Shown piece after piece: positions 1 through 11,164 of a stretch of DNA of 64,000 nucleotides. Made by a program: the position numbers and the translations under genes. The notes beneath the pieces were generated by a model. The model had not been told where the DNA came from. It made no database searches and was given only the letters and a program-made list of their open reading frames with translations. The stretch covers positions 32,001 to 96,000 of the IMG/VR virus record IMGVR_UViG_2904150443_000004; one strand, given 5' to 3'. The stretch's first letter is position 1; each line of letters begins with the position of its first letter. The stretch comes from a virus (lineage: Duplodnaviria; Caudoviricetes).

Positions 1-477
1 TCACTTATCAAATCACATATTCCTCCGATATTACTTTTCTCCGTGTAAAATGAAATACATGGTCAACGGATACGAAGATCTAAGCTTTCAAATAGACTCA
101 TGACTTCCACTTCTAGACCGTTTTTAAAAATAACGAATTTATTATTATCCCTTCAATGCACGACAGGTGAGGGGAGGTGTGTGAAGACCTGTGTATGATA
201 AGGGAGTGGTATCAAAGCACAGGCAATGTGGAAAAATCACACACCAAACTTTTTACTCAAAATGAGCAAACAAAAAGAACCGACAAACATCGGTTCCTAC
301 GGTTCAATCATTTTATGTATTTGTTTAATTTATTTATTAAGAATCTGTCTTAGCAAATCCATCTCTTCGTTCTTAATACATTGAACAATACCATTTTCAT
401 TAACTACGACTTCTGGTTGCTTTACATTAACAATGTAATACATAATTTATGTTCCTTTTTTTTATATATTTAATATT

Positions 478-1659
478 TTATAAATCGATTGTAATTGTAT
501 ACTCAATTTTATCCTTATCATTGAAAATATGCATTTTTTGCATTGGTTCAGCGAATACACGTCTTGATACAGCATAATCATCTGCACCGATTAAGCTACC
601 GTTTGAGATAACTTTAGTTCTTCCATACTCCTTCACCGTATCGTGGTGAATATGAGCACTGAATACATAAGAGGGGACAATTCCAATCATCTGAGGTAAG
701 TTTTTTGCGACAGAAGTTACATGATCCAAGTCTCCATGTACATAAACATGAGCAGGGGAGAAAGTGTTATCAATATAGTATCCATCTGTATCCTTGAGAA
801 TTTGAACGTTACTAAACCCATTCAATCTACTCTCTAGATACCACGGAATAATATTCTCTAAATTCTCGGTGAAAACAGACTCACTTTTATTTGCTATGAG
901 TCTAGCATGGTTCCCAATGATATTAATAAATCTAATCTGTCTAAAATGTTTAGATAGTTCAGCAACAGCCTCAGATAACGTTTCAGCTACATGCTGAACC
1001 TGCTTAATTACATCTTCACTAGCTTGTACTCGTGTCGAAACGTGAATAGCTCCACCTATGAAGTCACCAAGTGCCCCGATTGTAAGAGTATCTACTTTAT
1101 GTTTAATCCCGTATTCAATAGTTCTAGAGATAAGCTCTTGCACTCTATATTTAAAAATATTTGGATTATATGTATTAAAACTATTCGAAAAATCCATGCC
1201 ATAATGCCAATCTGACCAAAGCACATTTGCTCTTACTTCAGTAGGTTCTTTGTTAGTAGCTTTGAACTCCAACGGTTTACTAGTTGATAGCTCAGTAATG
1301 GCCTTGTGAATTTCATCTTTAAGATGCTCGAACCTTGCCTGTAAACGTACTATATTGTTGTACTCACGTTTTTGATCTTGAAACCTAATCTTTTCCTTCT
1401 GGAGCTCAATAGTCTTATCGTGTATATCCTTCATATATTCATCGCTATTAGCAAGTTTATCTGTGAGGAATGGTTTCCACTTAGCATATGAAGCGTAATC
1501 TTTACGCCATTTAGACTCTGAATACTCCTCATCAGCTTCTCTGTTCAATAGTTCAGCAGCAGTATTCCAATTCAGTCCATATGTCTCTAAATTATCTCCA
1601 AGCCTGACATGATACTCTTCCAAAGTTTCATTGGTGTTTCTTAGTATCTTAGCAGTCAT
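478..1659 (-). CDS. Calcineurin-like metallophosphoesterase (YonJ-like)
   Basis: Motifs SDWH, LGD, GNH, HGD and HIH; N-terminal coiled coil; position next to HU/yonO. Confidence 0.85.
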   Translation of the reverse strand: MTAKILRNTNETLEEYHVRLGDNLETYGLNWNTAAELLNREADEEYSESKWRKDYASYAKWKPFLTDKLANSDEYMKDIHDKTIELQKEKIRFQDQKREYNNIVRLQARFEHLKDEIHKAITELSTSKPLEFKATNKEPTEVRANVLWSDWHYGMDFSNSFNTYNPNIFKYRVQELISRTIEYGIKHKVDTLTIGALGDFIGGAIHVSTRVQASEDVIKQVQHVAETLSEAVAELSKHFRQIRFINIIGNHARLIANKSESVFTENLENIIPWYLESRLNGFSNVQILKDTDGYYIDNTFSPAHVYVHGDLDHVTSVAKNLPQMIGIVPSYVFSAHIHHDTVKEYGRTKVISNGSLIGADDYAVSRRVFAEPMQKMHIFNDKDKIEYTITIDL

Positions 1660-1663
1660 ACAT

Positions 1664-1855
1664 TTACTCCTTGTTTAGAGTATCTGTAAGAGTATACTCT
1701 TCACTTGGTTTAACTTTAATCTTATCTCCATTTACATCAACGTTGATAGCTTTTGCATTTGGATAGAGACCATATAACAGCTCTTTAATTTCATTCAATA
1801 CTTCTTGCTTATTATTCATTATTAATTCACTCCCTGAATTATTTTTAGAAAGCAC
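1664..1855 (-). CDS. Small hypothetical protein (likely start at the MNNK ATG)
   Basis: Tightly packed upstream of the phosphoesterase; GGGAGTG RBS precedes the internal ATG. Confidence 0.6.
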   Translation of the reverse strand: MLSKNNSGSELIMNNKQEVLNEIKELLYGLYPNAKAINVDVNGDKIKVKPSEEYTLTDTLNKE

Positions 1856-1946
1856 AAATAGACCAACTTAAATGTTGGTCAGAGAGGATAGGGGAGTAGT
1901 AGAAATAAATCTACCACTCCATATATGTATTAAAGTTAGGAGGTTT

Positions 1947-2222
1947 TTACTTACCGATAATACTTTGTAGACGCTTAAGGGCTGTCCACTTATACTTTCG
2001 TCCAGCAGGGATATCGATTTCTTCACCAGTTTGTGGGTGACGACCTTTCCGTGCTTTAGTAGGCACTACTTCGATTCGAAAGCGCTTAGTAATATCCACA
2101 AAGTCATCCTGCTTTAGTCCGTCTTCAATAATATCTAGAAAAGTATCAAATTGTTCTTCCGCTTCTTTTTTGGAAATACTACGCTTCTCGGCATACAGTT
2201 TTTCGATATCTACTTTTTTCAC
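1947..2222 (-). CDS. hup: HU family DNA-binding protein (YonN-like)
   Basis: KARKGRHPQTGEEIDIPA arm signature; 91 aa. Confidence 0.9.
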   Translation of the reverse strand: MKKVDIEKLYAEKRSISKKEAEEQFDTFLDIIEDGLKQDDFVDITKRFRIEVVPTKARKGRHPQTGEEIDIPAGRKYKWTALKRLQSIIGK

Positions 2223-2465
2223 TTTATTTTCTCCCTTTAATTTTCTTTTTGTTAAGTAGGGGATTCATGATCGTCTCTTTTATGTGGATATTAGCTTTCA
2301 TGTTCCCTTATATACCATTACGATTTTTATGTATAGATTAACATATAGACGATAGAACTTAGTAAAAATCTATGTTTTATCACACAGTAGAAAATAAAGT
2401 TAAATATAAAATAAGAAATATATATAGATAAAAACCAGTAATTTACTGAGTTTAATGAAAAAATC

Positions 2466-5072
2466 CTATTTTATACCCTTTTCTTTTTTTAATTTTTCCC
2501 TATATTTTTTCTTTGCTTCTTTTACTTGAGCTCTAATAATTATTTTTGAGCAATCAGCACAATATTTTTTTGCGTTATTGGTTGCCAGCACACGTAAACC
2601 GCATAACTCGCAAGCTATGTATTTGTGATTGTATTTATTGTGAATATTTGCTTTTAAATTTTCAACTATAATGTCCCCAAAAGTAGACCATAGTGTTGTT
2701 TTATGACTGCTATTTTTGTCTCCATACAGATATTTCACTAATATGTCAACAACGTAGTAAGGATCACTATTGGTTTCAAGTAGCTCGTTACGGATTTTTC
2801 TATATGTATGAGTATTTTCAAAGGACGAACTGTTCTCGTCATAGTCAATTGAAATGAAGCGTTTCTTAAGATCTAACTTTGAGTATTTCTCTATGATGTC
2901 TTGATTCATTTCCACATCAAGTGATTTCATTAAATTGATGTAATCAAACGAGCCAATATTTGTTCTATTAAAGTTGATCCTACTGTTCGGAATTAGTTTA
3001 CCCATTCGATTCACAGTGCTGTTACTCATGGGTTCTACGTTTGATTCATTTTTATCCTTGGCATGAATAAAAAAGTGTGGAACTTTAGTCCTTGTATATC
3101 GAGTTATAAGTCTGTTGATTTTTTCTGGTCTTGTTGGTTTGTACAATGTCTTAGCATAATCAATAGTAAAGTTATTCTCCATACATAGAATCTTGATCAC
3201 ATCTAGGTTAATATCATTACTGTTCCATATTTTAGTTATATCATTGCTTATTACACCAATATTACCACCAGTGTAAGCAGCCTTAAGTCCATTGTAGATA
3301 TTCTCGGTATTAATTAACTCTGCACCTGCTTTTGCCATGTTGTAGTAAAGGGGAACAATGTCCTTCATATTTCTCTCGGCAACAGTAACTAGGGTAATGT
3401 CGTTCGATACTAGACTCTTGTCACCGTCATTGTCAAACATAAGCACTTTGCTTATGGGATCTTGGCAGCTCGTGTACAGACTCTTTGTGACATACCATCT
3501 TTTCATTTCTTTAGTTATTGTATTCATCCTGATTGCATGTTCTCGATACAAATGAGGACTTCTTAAGCAATCAAGCTTCTCATTATGGTTATAGAGTGAG
3601 CAAAATATATCTCCATTAGACAGTAATCCTTTTGGATTAGACTCTTTCAGAAATATAAATTCGCAGAATGCGTAAAGATCAGGAGATATGAAAGTGTACT
3701 TTCCTTCAATATCGATTTTTCCAGCCTTCGCATTTTTAATCAGACTCTTTTTAGTTTGCTTAATGATTTCTCGACTATATACATCTTTCAGTAGTTCAGG
3801 ATATATATCTAAAGCCTGTTGGAAGTAGTTCTTGTTTGTATTAGATTCTGTTACACCAAGAACTTTTAACATTGTTCTACGATCTTCTCCAAGGGAAGTA
3901 ATGACTTCCTTGGTTGAACTAGTAAGTTCAATTAGTTCATCTTCCGTAATGTCTGTTAAAGTCTGAATCATCTGATAATTTAATTTAGCATTTCCAATAA
4001 CATCTTCCTCTTCATTACACATTCCAGCTTGGCAGCCATATTGCTTGTAATAGAGCTTATATTCATCCCATGATGAATAATACTTCCACATTTTAAACTG
4101 ACTTTTAGTGAATATAACTTCAATTTTGTCTTTTAGAATATCGTATTCTTTCCCATAAATATCTTTTACAATTCCAGTATTCATGGGCGTCTCCTTGTTC
4201 TTCTCCCTAATGAATTTATCGAAAGGGAAGGGGACAAGTAATCCCTTCATCCAAGGCATTCTTATCATAACTGCTTTACCTTGGGTACGGGGTAGTATCA
4301 TTCCGCAGCCATCAGTATGGGTGATAGGTATGTCCATTTCCTTGCGCGAGATTGAGTATGTTTTATCATCAATAAAATCTACCGTTGCTTGAACATTAGT
4401 CTCCATATCTTCAACTACAATGGACTTATCAATATCGAATCCAATCCATTGCTCTGTAGCACTGTTACATAGGGCTAGGTAGGCGAGAAATTTATTAATA
4501 TTTACCCCACCAAGTTCATTAATTCGCTCAATCGACAGGCCACACATTAATGATTTTATATACTGACCCAGAATAGACTCTTTGATAAAGAGTGTTTTCT
4601 TGGTACGGATCTGACCTGCTGAAGCAGTAAAGCAAACATACTTTTCGTTCTTGTAAGTGAATCCATCTAAAATTAAATTCTGAAGAACTTTAAAGTGATA
4701 AGCTTGAACGATTATGATGTCTTCTGTTAATGTATTAGGTTCCATGCCTAATGTCCTAGTTAGTACTGACTCAAATACTGAAACAATGTTTTTGTCTTTT
4801 ATGTATTTATCATTGAAATCACGTACAGAGTTATTGGACTGCAATTTATCTAACAACAGGCTCTTTAAGTATGTTATTCGACCATTGAGTCTTTTTATTT
4901 GATTTTTTTGTTTTTTGATAAGTACTTCATCCTGCGTCTCATCCATAAGAGAGCGTATTTTCTTTTTATAATGACGGGAAATTTTTAACTTGCTATGTAT
5001 TTTGTATTCTTCCTTTGTGTAAAAAAAGCTCGTGTCTACACTGTATAACTGCACTTGCTTGTTAAGATTTAT
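2466..5072 (-). CDS. yonO: YonO-type single-subunit RNA polymerase; probable ATA start at 5072
   Basis: Catalytic DNDGD, LRSPH, ASAGQIR, HTDGCG; C-terminal CxxC..CxxC; GGGAGGG RBS 8 nt before an in-frame ATA. Confidence 0.92.
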   Translation of the reverse strand: MNLNKQVQLYSVDTSFFYTKEEYKIHSKLKISRHYKKKIRSLMDETQDEVLIKKQKNQIKRLNGRITYLKSLLLDKLQSNNSVRDFNDKYIKDKNIVSVFESVLTRTLGMEPNTLTEDIIIVQAYHFKVLQNLILDGFTYKNEKYVCFTASAGQIRTKKTLFIKESILGQYIKSLMCGLSIERINELGGVNINKFLAYLALCNSATEQWIGFDIDKSIVVEDMETNVQATVDFIDDKTYSISRKEMDIPITHTDGCGMILPRTQGKAVMIRMPWMKGLLVPFPFDKFIREKNKETPMNTGIVKDIYGKEYDILKDKIEVIFTKSQFKMWKYYSSWDEYKLYYKQYGCQAGMCNEEEDVIGNAKLNYQMIQTLTDITEDELIELTSSTKEVITSLGEDRRTMLKVLGVTESNTNKNYFQQALDIYPELLKDVYSREIIKQTKKSLIKNAKAGKIDIEGKYTFISPDLYAFCEFIFLKESNPKGLLSNGDIFCSLYNHNEKLDCLRSPHLYREHAIRMNTITKEMKRWYVTKSLYTSCQDPISKVLMFDNDGDKSLVSNDITLVTVAERNMKDIVPLYYNMAKAGAELINTENIYNGLKAAYTGGNIGVISNDITKIWNSNDINLDVIKILCMENNFTIDYAKTLYKPTRPEKINRLITRYTRTKVPHFFIHAKDKNESNVEPMSNSTVNRMGKLIPNSRINFNRTNIGSFDYINLMKSLDVEMNQDIIEKYSKLDLKKRFISIDYDENSSSFENTHTYRKIRNELLETNSDPYYVVDILVKYLYGDKNSSHKTTLWSTFGDIIVENLKANIHNKYNHKYIACELCGLRVLATNNAKKYCADCSKIIIRAQVKEAKKKYREKLKKEKGIK

Positions 5073-5227
5073 GATTAAAACCCTCCCTTGGTTTGTTTAT
5101 AAGAAAAATATAACAAAACACAATATTGAAAGTCAACAAAATTAAAAACAAAATATCAATATCATATTGACAAAAATAACCGACTAATCTAAATTTAGAG
5201 TATATTAGTTGGTGAGGTGATATTCAA

Positions 5228-6256
5228 GTGGAGAGCTGTACAATACAGGGATTAGTGTTAAACAACGTATACTCTGACATTATGGCATTTCTAAATCAGT
5301 ATGAGAGTAAAAACACAAGGAAAGAGTACAGAAGAGACATACAAGAATTTTTTCATTTTATATGCGGAAAAGAACTTGAATCATTGTTACCTGAAGATGT
5401 AATTAGTCGTAAGGGTACAAGATTATCTAAAAAGTGTGTTATTGAGTATCGTAATTACCTGAACTCAAAAGGTAATTCTAAAGGAACGAGAAACAGAAAA
5501 ATGTCAGCAACACGCAACCTCTATAAATTCTTACAGAGTGAAGGTTATGATATTGATCATATGATATTCGCTTTAAAACCACTCAAATACATTCCAGACA
5601 GTTATGAATCATTAACAAAAGAGGAGGTTATGACTCTAGCTGATTACTTAAAAAAACAAAGGTATGGAGATGAACTATATGCTTTTGTGTACTTAGCAGT
5701 TATCACAAGTTTTAGGGTGGACGCAATTTTAAATATAGATAAAAAGAAAGATATAAGAAAAGACAAGAACTCAGAGTTCTATCTTGTAACTGCTGTTGAT
5801 AAAAGAAATCAAAAAAGATCAATGCCTATTGAACTATGGTTATTTGAATTACTTGATAATCTTAATGGAGACACGCGCCTGTTTGAGAATCTAACAGTAG
5901 ATATTATTCATGATGCAATAACAAAGGCTGCAAAGGCTTTGGAGTTTGAAGGAAGAGTGGTAACACACTCACTAAGAAAAGTAGCGCCTACATTCGGACA
6001 AGAAAACGGGAATAGTGTGAAATCAGATATGGAACAAACAGGCCACGCCTCAGTCCAGACATTCATGAGTACATACGTGAAAGAGAAAATAAATTATGAG
6101 GATCTAGCTGGCATACAAATGTTCCGTACCATCGATGAGACGGTCTTTGATGACTTAAGTAAGGAACAGGTTTTGTCTTTACTGAAGAGCTTAAATCAAA
6201 ACGTATACAACCAACTTGCGAGACATCTGATGAGGGATGACAAAAAGGTTGTCTAA
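5228..6256 (+). CDS. Tyrosine recombinase with full catalytic set (YopP/SroD-like)
   Basis: N-terminal SAM-like domain (SKNTRKEYRRDI), R (SFR), K (DKRNQKR), HSLR, TGH and Y (MSTY). Confidence 0.88.
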   Translation: MESCTIQGLVLNNVYSDIMAFLNQYESKNTRKEYRRDIQEFFHFICGKELESLLPEDVISRKGTRLSKKCVIEYRNYLNSKGNSKGTRNRKMSATRNLYKFLQSEGYDIDHMIFALKPLKYIPDSYESLTKEEVMTLADYLKKQRYGDELYAFVYLAVITSFRVDAILNIDKKKDIRKDKNSEFYLVTAVDKRNQKRSMPIELWLFELLDNLNGDTRLFENLTVDIIHDAITKAAKALEFEGRVVTHSLRKVAPTFGQENGNSVKSDMEQTGHASVQTFMSTYVKEKINYEDLAGIQMFRTIDETVFDDLSKEQVLSLLKSLNQNVYNQLARHLMRDDKKVV

Positions 6257-6625
6257 TTGAAAACACTAAGTGGCACATTATCGTGACAAAAACATCAAAA
6301 ACAGAAAATGGTTATATGACAAAAGTATCTGAATCGAAACAGTACCAAACCCTTATAAACTAAGGGCTAGAGCGATTTGCTCATGAAAATATAGTTGATT
6401 TGAAAGAGCTTATAAATAACTGCCTTGACAAAAACACCGTTTTTGAAAAATCAGAGTACAAAAAACTTTGACAAAAACATCGATTTTGACTATATATAGA
6501 AAACACCATTTTCTTGACAAAAAGCTAAAAATGAACACAAAAATGAGGATGAGTGCGTGACAAAAAGCCCATTTTTGACTATAGAGTTAATAGATTTAAT
6601 AATTATTTAGTTAATATATTTAATA
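6238..6625 (+). repeat. Iteron-like TGACAAAA direct repeats plus AT-rich tract; candidate replication origin
   Basis: TGACAAAA at 6238, 6284, 6317, 6426, 6469, 6515 and 6558; near-pure A/T tract at about 6587-6625; directly upstream of the HTH protein. Confidence 0.65.
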
Positions 6626-6836
6626 TCTCCTGAACAAAATGAGATTTTGTCCAGTGGAGGAGAGTTCTTTTTGGATGTTAGATTGGTTGTTGTATTGTAA
6701 GACAATTATCTTTAGTTTTAGAGTGTATTGTACTTAGGATATGTATTTATATTGTCTTAGGGGGGATGTGTTCTGATTCCTGTAACTGGACTTAGAAATT
6801 GGACTGTAGAATTGATGTTAGAGAAAGAGGTGATAT

Positions 6837-7613
6837 GTGTATCTCATGAACTTTTGTATGAAGAGGATATATGTTAAATCTAATTGGTTTGATGATGGTA
6901 GTAACAAGTATCAGAAAATAGGGATAGATGGTTTCAATCTGTATTTAAATATGTTTCGGTTCAGACTATTTAATCAGGAACATGAATACACGTTTATTAC
7001 GTCGATATCTCTACTGAGAAAAGAAACGAAATACACAGCTCAGAGAATATTGGAGTTGTTAAAGGTATTAGTTAAAGAGAAAATTATTAAGATTGATATT
7101 TCCCGTTGGGATAGACTTCTTGATGTAAATGGGAAGATTGATACTGATAAGACAATTGTCATCACGGCTATTGATAAACCAGTTACGGATAAAAGAAGGA
7201 ATGAACATGGTGATATGATTGATTATCCTGTAACTATAAATGACCAGTACATAAGCTTAGATTTACCCCTTATGCAGCATTACATAGACTTAGGATTTGG
7301 TGAGAGGTATTTGGGATTACATTGTTTACTGAGCAGGTATTCGAACAATTCAGAAGGCAAGGCATGGATGTCCATTAATAAGATGGCTAGCACATTAGGA
7401 TTTGGGTATAAGAGTGTCCATGATATGATTCGTGAGTTGAATAAAAGGTATTTGTTATATAGTCGATATATTGAAACTGAGCAAACTGTTAATGGCAAGT
7501 CAGGAACAAAGTTTGAACACTACTTGTTGACTAATTTGGACTATAGAGACGAGTTTCTGAGAAGTTATAAGGATTTGATTGATAAGAATATTAAAAAGTG
7601 GGATAAAGAATAG
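6837..7613 (+). CDS. Winged-helix protein, putative replication initiator
   Basis: AWMSINKMASTLGFGYKSVHDMIRELNK is an HTH_36-like motif, with a second HTH-like segment N-terminally; adjacent to iterons. Confidence 0.6.
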   Translation: MYLMNFCMKRIYVKSNWFDDGSNKYQKIGIDGFNLYLNMFRFRLFNQEHEYTFITSISLLRKETKYTAQRILELLKVLVKEKIIKIDISRWDRLLDVNGKIDTDKTIVITAIDKPVTDKRRNEHGDMIDYPVTINDQYISLDLPLMQHYIDLGFGERYLGLHCLLSRYSNNSEGKAWMSINKMASTLGFGYKSVHDMIRELNKRYLLYSRYIETEQTVNGKSGTKFEHYLLTNLDYRDEFLRSYKDLIDKNIKKWDKE

Positions 7614-7622
7614 TGTGTATTT

Positions 7623-7655
7623 AACAGTTACCTTGTTACTGAGGTAGCTGTTTTT
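7623..7655 (+). terminator. Intrinsic terminator
   Basis: ACAGTTACCT/AGGTAGCTGT stem plus T tract after the initiator-like gene. Confidence 0.7.
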
Positions 7656-8589
7656 GTTTTGGATGAAAATTATCCCCCCATACTGGTACGTAATCGTGAG
7701 TGTAAAAAGTGATAATCGTGATTGCGATTATTTTAGGTGAGAAATGAGGATAGAGAGTAGTGTTTATATGGGCTAGAGAGTGATTTATGAGGTGACGTGA
7801 TAGAGAGAAGATTAGGTGATATCGCTAGAACTGAGCAATTATAAGGGTTATTTGGATACCGAAGGAGAGATATTAGACTAAATTGACGTTTTGGAGTGAA
7901 AATTGGAAATTTTAAAGGGTTATTTGAGACGATTACGAGAGAAGTAAAAGGTGATGAAAAGTGAGGATAGGTGAGTGATTATATGGGCTATATAGCTGTA
8001 TAGGAGAGATGAGTCACGATGTGTGTTGCGATTATAGTTACGATTATTTGAGTGTCAAAATTGGAAATTCTGAAGCGGGAAATGAGGTGATAATGTATAT
8101 CGGATGTTTTGTAAGTTGGCTGTGTGGATTGATGTGTTAGCCGACTTTTCCGACCAATTAGACTGATTTTAGTTGTAAACTACCCCCCTCTATATGGTCA
8201 TAAAACCCTTATGTTTACTGACTTTTAGCACCAACTAATAGACATTAGTAGCATTTTAACTGTTTTAGTTAGATTATTATATTAGTTGGACGATATTTTG
8301 CTTATTATTTTAGTGTGATGAGAGTGAGAAGGAGAAAGGGGAGACCAACGACACCACCATTATTAATAATAGTTAGGCTCCGAATAATCGTTATTGTAAC
8401 AGGAGCCGTTTGGCCAGTGTGATAAAGCAAGTTGTATAACTATATATGTGTATCAACACTCAATTACTGTTCATAGTCATATCACTTATCACGGCTTACA
8501 AGTTTATATCATATAAGAGAACTTCATCACAACATAACAATTAACACTATTTATTTAATAATTTACATTCATATATCAACTTTGATATA

Positions 8590-9864
8590 ATGGAATCACA
8601 AGCACATATCCTAATCACAACACAATCAAAGGAGGAAGTAACCATATCAACAATCAAAGTAGTCGATTCCATAATGGGGTCTGGTAAGACATCAGCAGCT
8701 ATCAACCTTATGAACTATGATCATGAGAACAATTACATTTTTATCACTCCATATCTATCAGAAATTGAACGAGTAAAGAAAGCATGTACTAGACGATTCT
8801 ATGACCCTAAGATCACAACAGTAGACGGTGAGAAGCACACTAAGTTTGACTCATTACATTATCTACTCATCAACAACAAGAACATTGCTTCTACTCATGC
8901 ACTATTTAAACGAGCTAATGAGGAGACAAAAGATCTTATCCATAGTGGTAATTATATTCTAATCCTAGATGAAGTAATGAACGTTATAGAGCAACTTGAG
9001 CTTAAACAGGGTGACATTGACTTGCTATTCAAACAAAAGCTTATCTATGAGAAGGATGGTTATATCCATTGGAACGAGTCCCAGAAGGATTATGACTCAC
9101 GATATAATGACATTAGAGATATGGCACTTAATAAGAACCTAATCATACATAAAGGTAAGATTCTAATCTGGACATTCCCAATAGAAGTATTCAAAGCCTT
9201 CAAGGAAGTATACATATTAACTTATCTATTCGATGCACAGATACAAAAATATTATTATGATATGAACAATGTTAAATATGAAAAGTATGAAGCAGTAGAA
9301 GATAGAGGATTCAACTATTACACATTCAGGGCAAAAACAGATAATACATATGAGGAACAGATTAAGAAAGAAATTAAAAGTAAAATAACTATTTATCAAG
9401 GTACATTAAATAATATTGGCGATCCTGATTACTCTTTATCAAAAAGTTGGTACACAAATAAAAAAGATCTATTACCTAAACTTAAAAACAATACTGAAAA
9501 CTATTTTAAGAACAAAGTAAAAGCTAAGTCTAATCAAGTAATGTGGACTACATTTAAACAGTTTCAATCTAAGATAAAGGGACGAGGATATGCCAAATCA
9601 TTTGTTCCATGTAATGCAAGAGCCACAAATGAATTTAAGGATAGAATACATATTGCATATACGATTAACTATTTCCTTAATCCTATTATTGAAGGTTTCT
9701 TTAATGACAAGAATGTGAAGATTAATGAAGATCTATATTCCGTATCAGACTTGTTACAATGGGTATGGAGAAGCGGGATAAGAGAAGGGAATAGTATAAC
9801 TATATACATTCCATCTAAGCGAATGAGAGGACTATTAAAGCAATGGTTAGATAATGAACTATAG
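8590..9864 (+). CDS. SF2 DEAD/DEAH-like helicase (YonV-like); possible ATA start at 8644
   Basis: Walker A DSIMGSGKT, LILDEV and QWVWRSGIR; GGAGG RBS at 8631-8635. Confidence 0.85.
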   Translation: MESQAHILITTQSKEEVTISTIKVVDSIMGSGKTSAAINLMNYDHENNYIFITPYLSEIERVKKACTRRFYDPKITTVDGEKHTKFDSLHYLLINNKNIASTHALFKRANEETKDLIHSGNYILILDEVMNVIEQLELKQGDIDLLFKQKLIYEKDGYIHWNESQKDYDSRYNDIRDMALNKNLIIHKGKILIWTFPIEVFKAFKEVYILTYLFDAQIQKYYYDMNNVKYEKYEAVEDRGFNYYTFRAKTDNTYEEQIKKEIKSKITIYQGTLNNIGDPDYSLSKSWYTNKKDLLPKLKNNTENYFKNKVKAKSNQVMWTTFKQFQSKIKGRGYAKSFVPCNARATNEFKDRIHIAYTINYFLNPIIEGFFNDKNVKINEDLYSVSDLLQWVWRSGIREGNSITIYIPSKRMRGLLKQWLDNEL

Positions 9865-10117
9865 AGCTAGTAAAACATATTTACTAAGTGGGTGTCTAAA
9901 AGTCAATAAATATCTACTCTATAGGCTCGTTGCTCTTAAAGGGAGGTAAGATTATTTATCAAGAATATAATACAGCTAACGCGCATTCAAAAGGCAGAAT
10001 GCTTGTTCATCCCATCTAAGACCGTGATGGGCTGTTATTGGGATCTATAATGTTGTCAGGAATGTTCCGTATTCAAATTTCACGATGAGTTAATTTATTG
10101 ATATTTAATTATAAAGA

Positions 10118-10147
10118 CTTTACAAATGAAAAGGTATGTATTATAAT
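10118..10147 (+). promoter_or_regulatory. SigA-type promoter with CTTTA-N6-(T/A)AAAG operator
   Basis: TTTACA(10119)-17 bp-TATAAT(10142); palindrome at 10118-10133. Confidence 0.7.
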
Positions 10148-10182
10148 CATAAATATAAAATAACACTAAAGGGGATATAATA

Positions 10183-10788
10183 ATGAACAATAATGCAACA
10201 TATAGTAATGGTACTTGGAAAAAGGGACTCGGAACAGAACTTGAATTGATATACATAATTGAAACCACCAAATTTGATGAGGAAGTAGACAGAGATTTTA
10301 CCAACATCAAAAGATATGAGCGCAACAATATTCAAGAGGCAATCGACTTAATCAATCAATTCCAACAACATGGGTACAAAAACATTAACCTTATGACCCA
10401 GATCAATCATAACGGTGATACAATTCTAGAGGATTCGAGCGAAACAGGTATCGAATTTGCTGTTAATACATCAATCAATAAAGATTATAATGAAGTAAAT
10501 AAGCAAAAAGAATTATTAATGAATAATGAAAAACTGTTCAATGGGTTCATTGAAAAATATAAAGCAGAAAAGGCATTCATTGAGTTTAAAGACGAACAGG
10601 CAAACAATAGGGATGAACAGGGCTTACACTGGTACGAAATGCTGCTTCGTCCATTGTCTCCATATTGCCAACCAAATGGGCACATTAAATATGATGAGAC
10701 TAAAGGAAGACATGGAATTATTGCATATGATAGAGAATTAACCGCTAACGAATTAGAAGAGTATGAATTAAGAAAATGGATCTTATAA
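10183..10788 (+). CDS. Protein with C-terminal DarA_C-like (defence against restriction) domain
   Basis: C-terminus YEMLLRPLSPYCQP...RHGIIAYDRELTANELEEYEL resembles DarA_C. Confidence 0.55.
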   Translation: MNNNATYSNGTWKKGLGTELELIYIIETTKFDEEVDRDFTNIKRYERNNIQEAIDLINQFQQHGYKNINLMTQINHNGDTILEDSSETGIEFAVNTSINKDYNEVNKQKELLMNNEKLFNGFIEKYKAEKAFIEFKDEQANNRDEQGLHWYEMLLRPLSPYCQPNGHIKYDETKGRHGIIAYDRELTANELEEYELRKWIL

Positions 10789-10882
10789 AATAAAGTATTG
10801 AAATAAACAAGACGTTTACTATGCATATATAAAGAAATATATTATAATATCACTATAAACAATAAAGGAGTGCTATTATATT

Positions 10883-11164
10883 ATGAAGCCATTAGACAAA
10901 GAAACACTCTTCAAACTCGTAAAAGGACTGATGAACAAAGGATTCTATGTTATATCAACACATGCAGAAGATCGCATGAAAGAACGTGGATTTACAAGGG
11001 AAGAGATCGAACACATACTGTTTAACCCTTGTGATCTTGTAGGTGAACCACGATATGATGAAGAATATAAAACATATAAATATAGAATTAAAAATGAAGA
11101 GAATAGAAGCGTAGTTGTCAGCATAGACTTTGATAATCTTGTAATAGTGGTAACAGTCATATGA
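10883..11164 (+). CDS. DUF4258-family (BrnT/RelE-like) putative toxin
   Basis: STHAEDRMKERGFT...VIVVTV pattern. Confidence 0.7.
   Translation: MKPLDKETLFKLVKGLMNKGFYVISTHAEDRMKERGFTREEIEHILFNPCDLVGEPRYDEEYKTYKYRIKNEENRSVVVSIDFDNLVIVVTVI

Noticed and set aside
991-4902. Short + strand ORFs inside yonJ/yonO, and similar antisense ORFs throughout the track
   Set aside because: Shadow ORFs opposite well-supported genes, without RBS or recognisable motifs.
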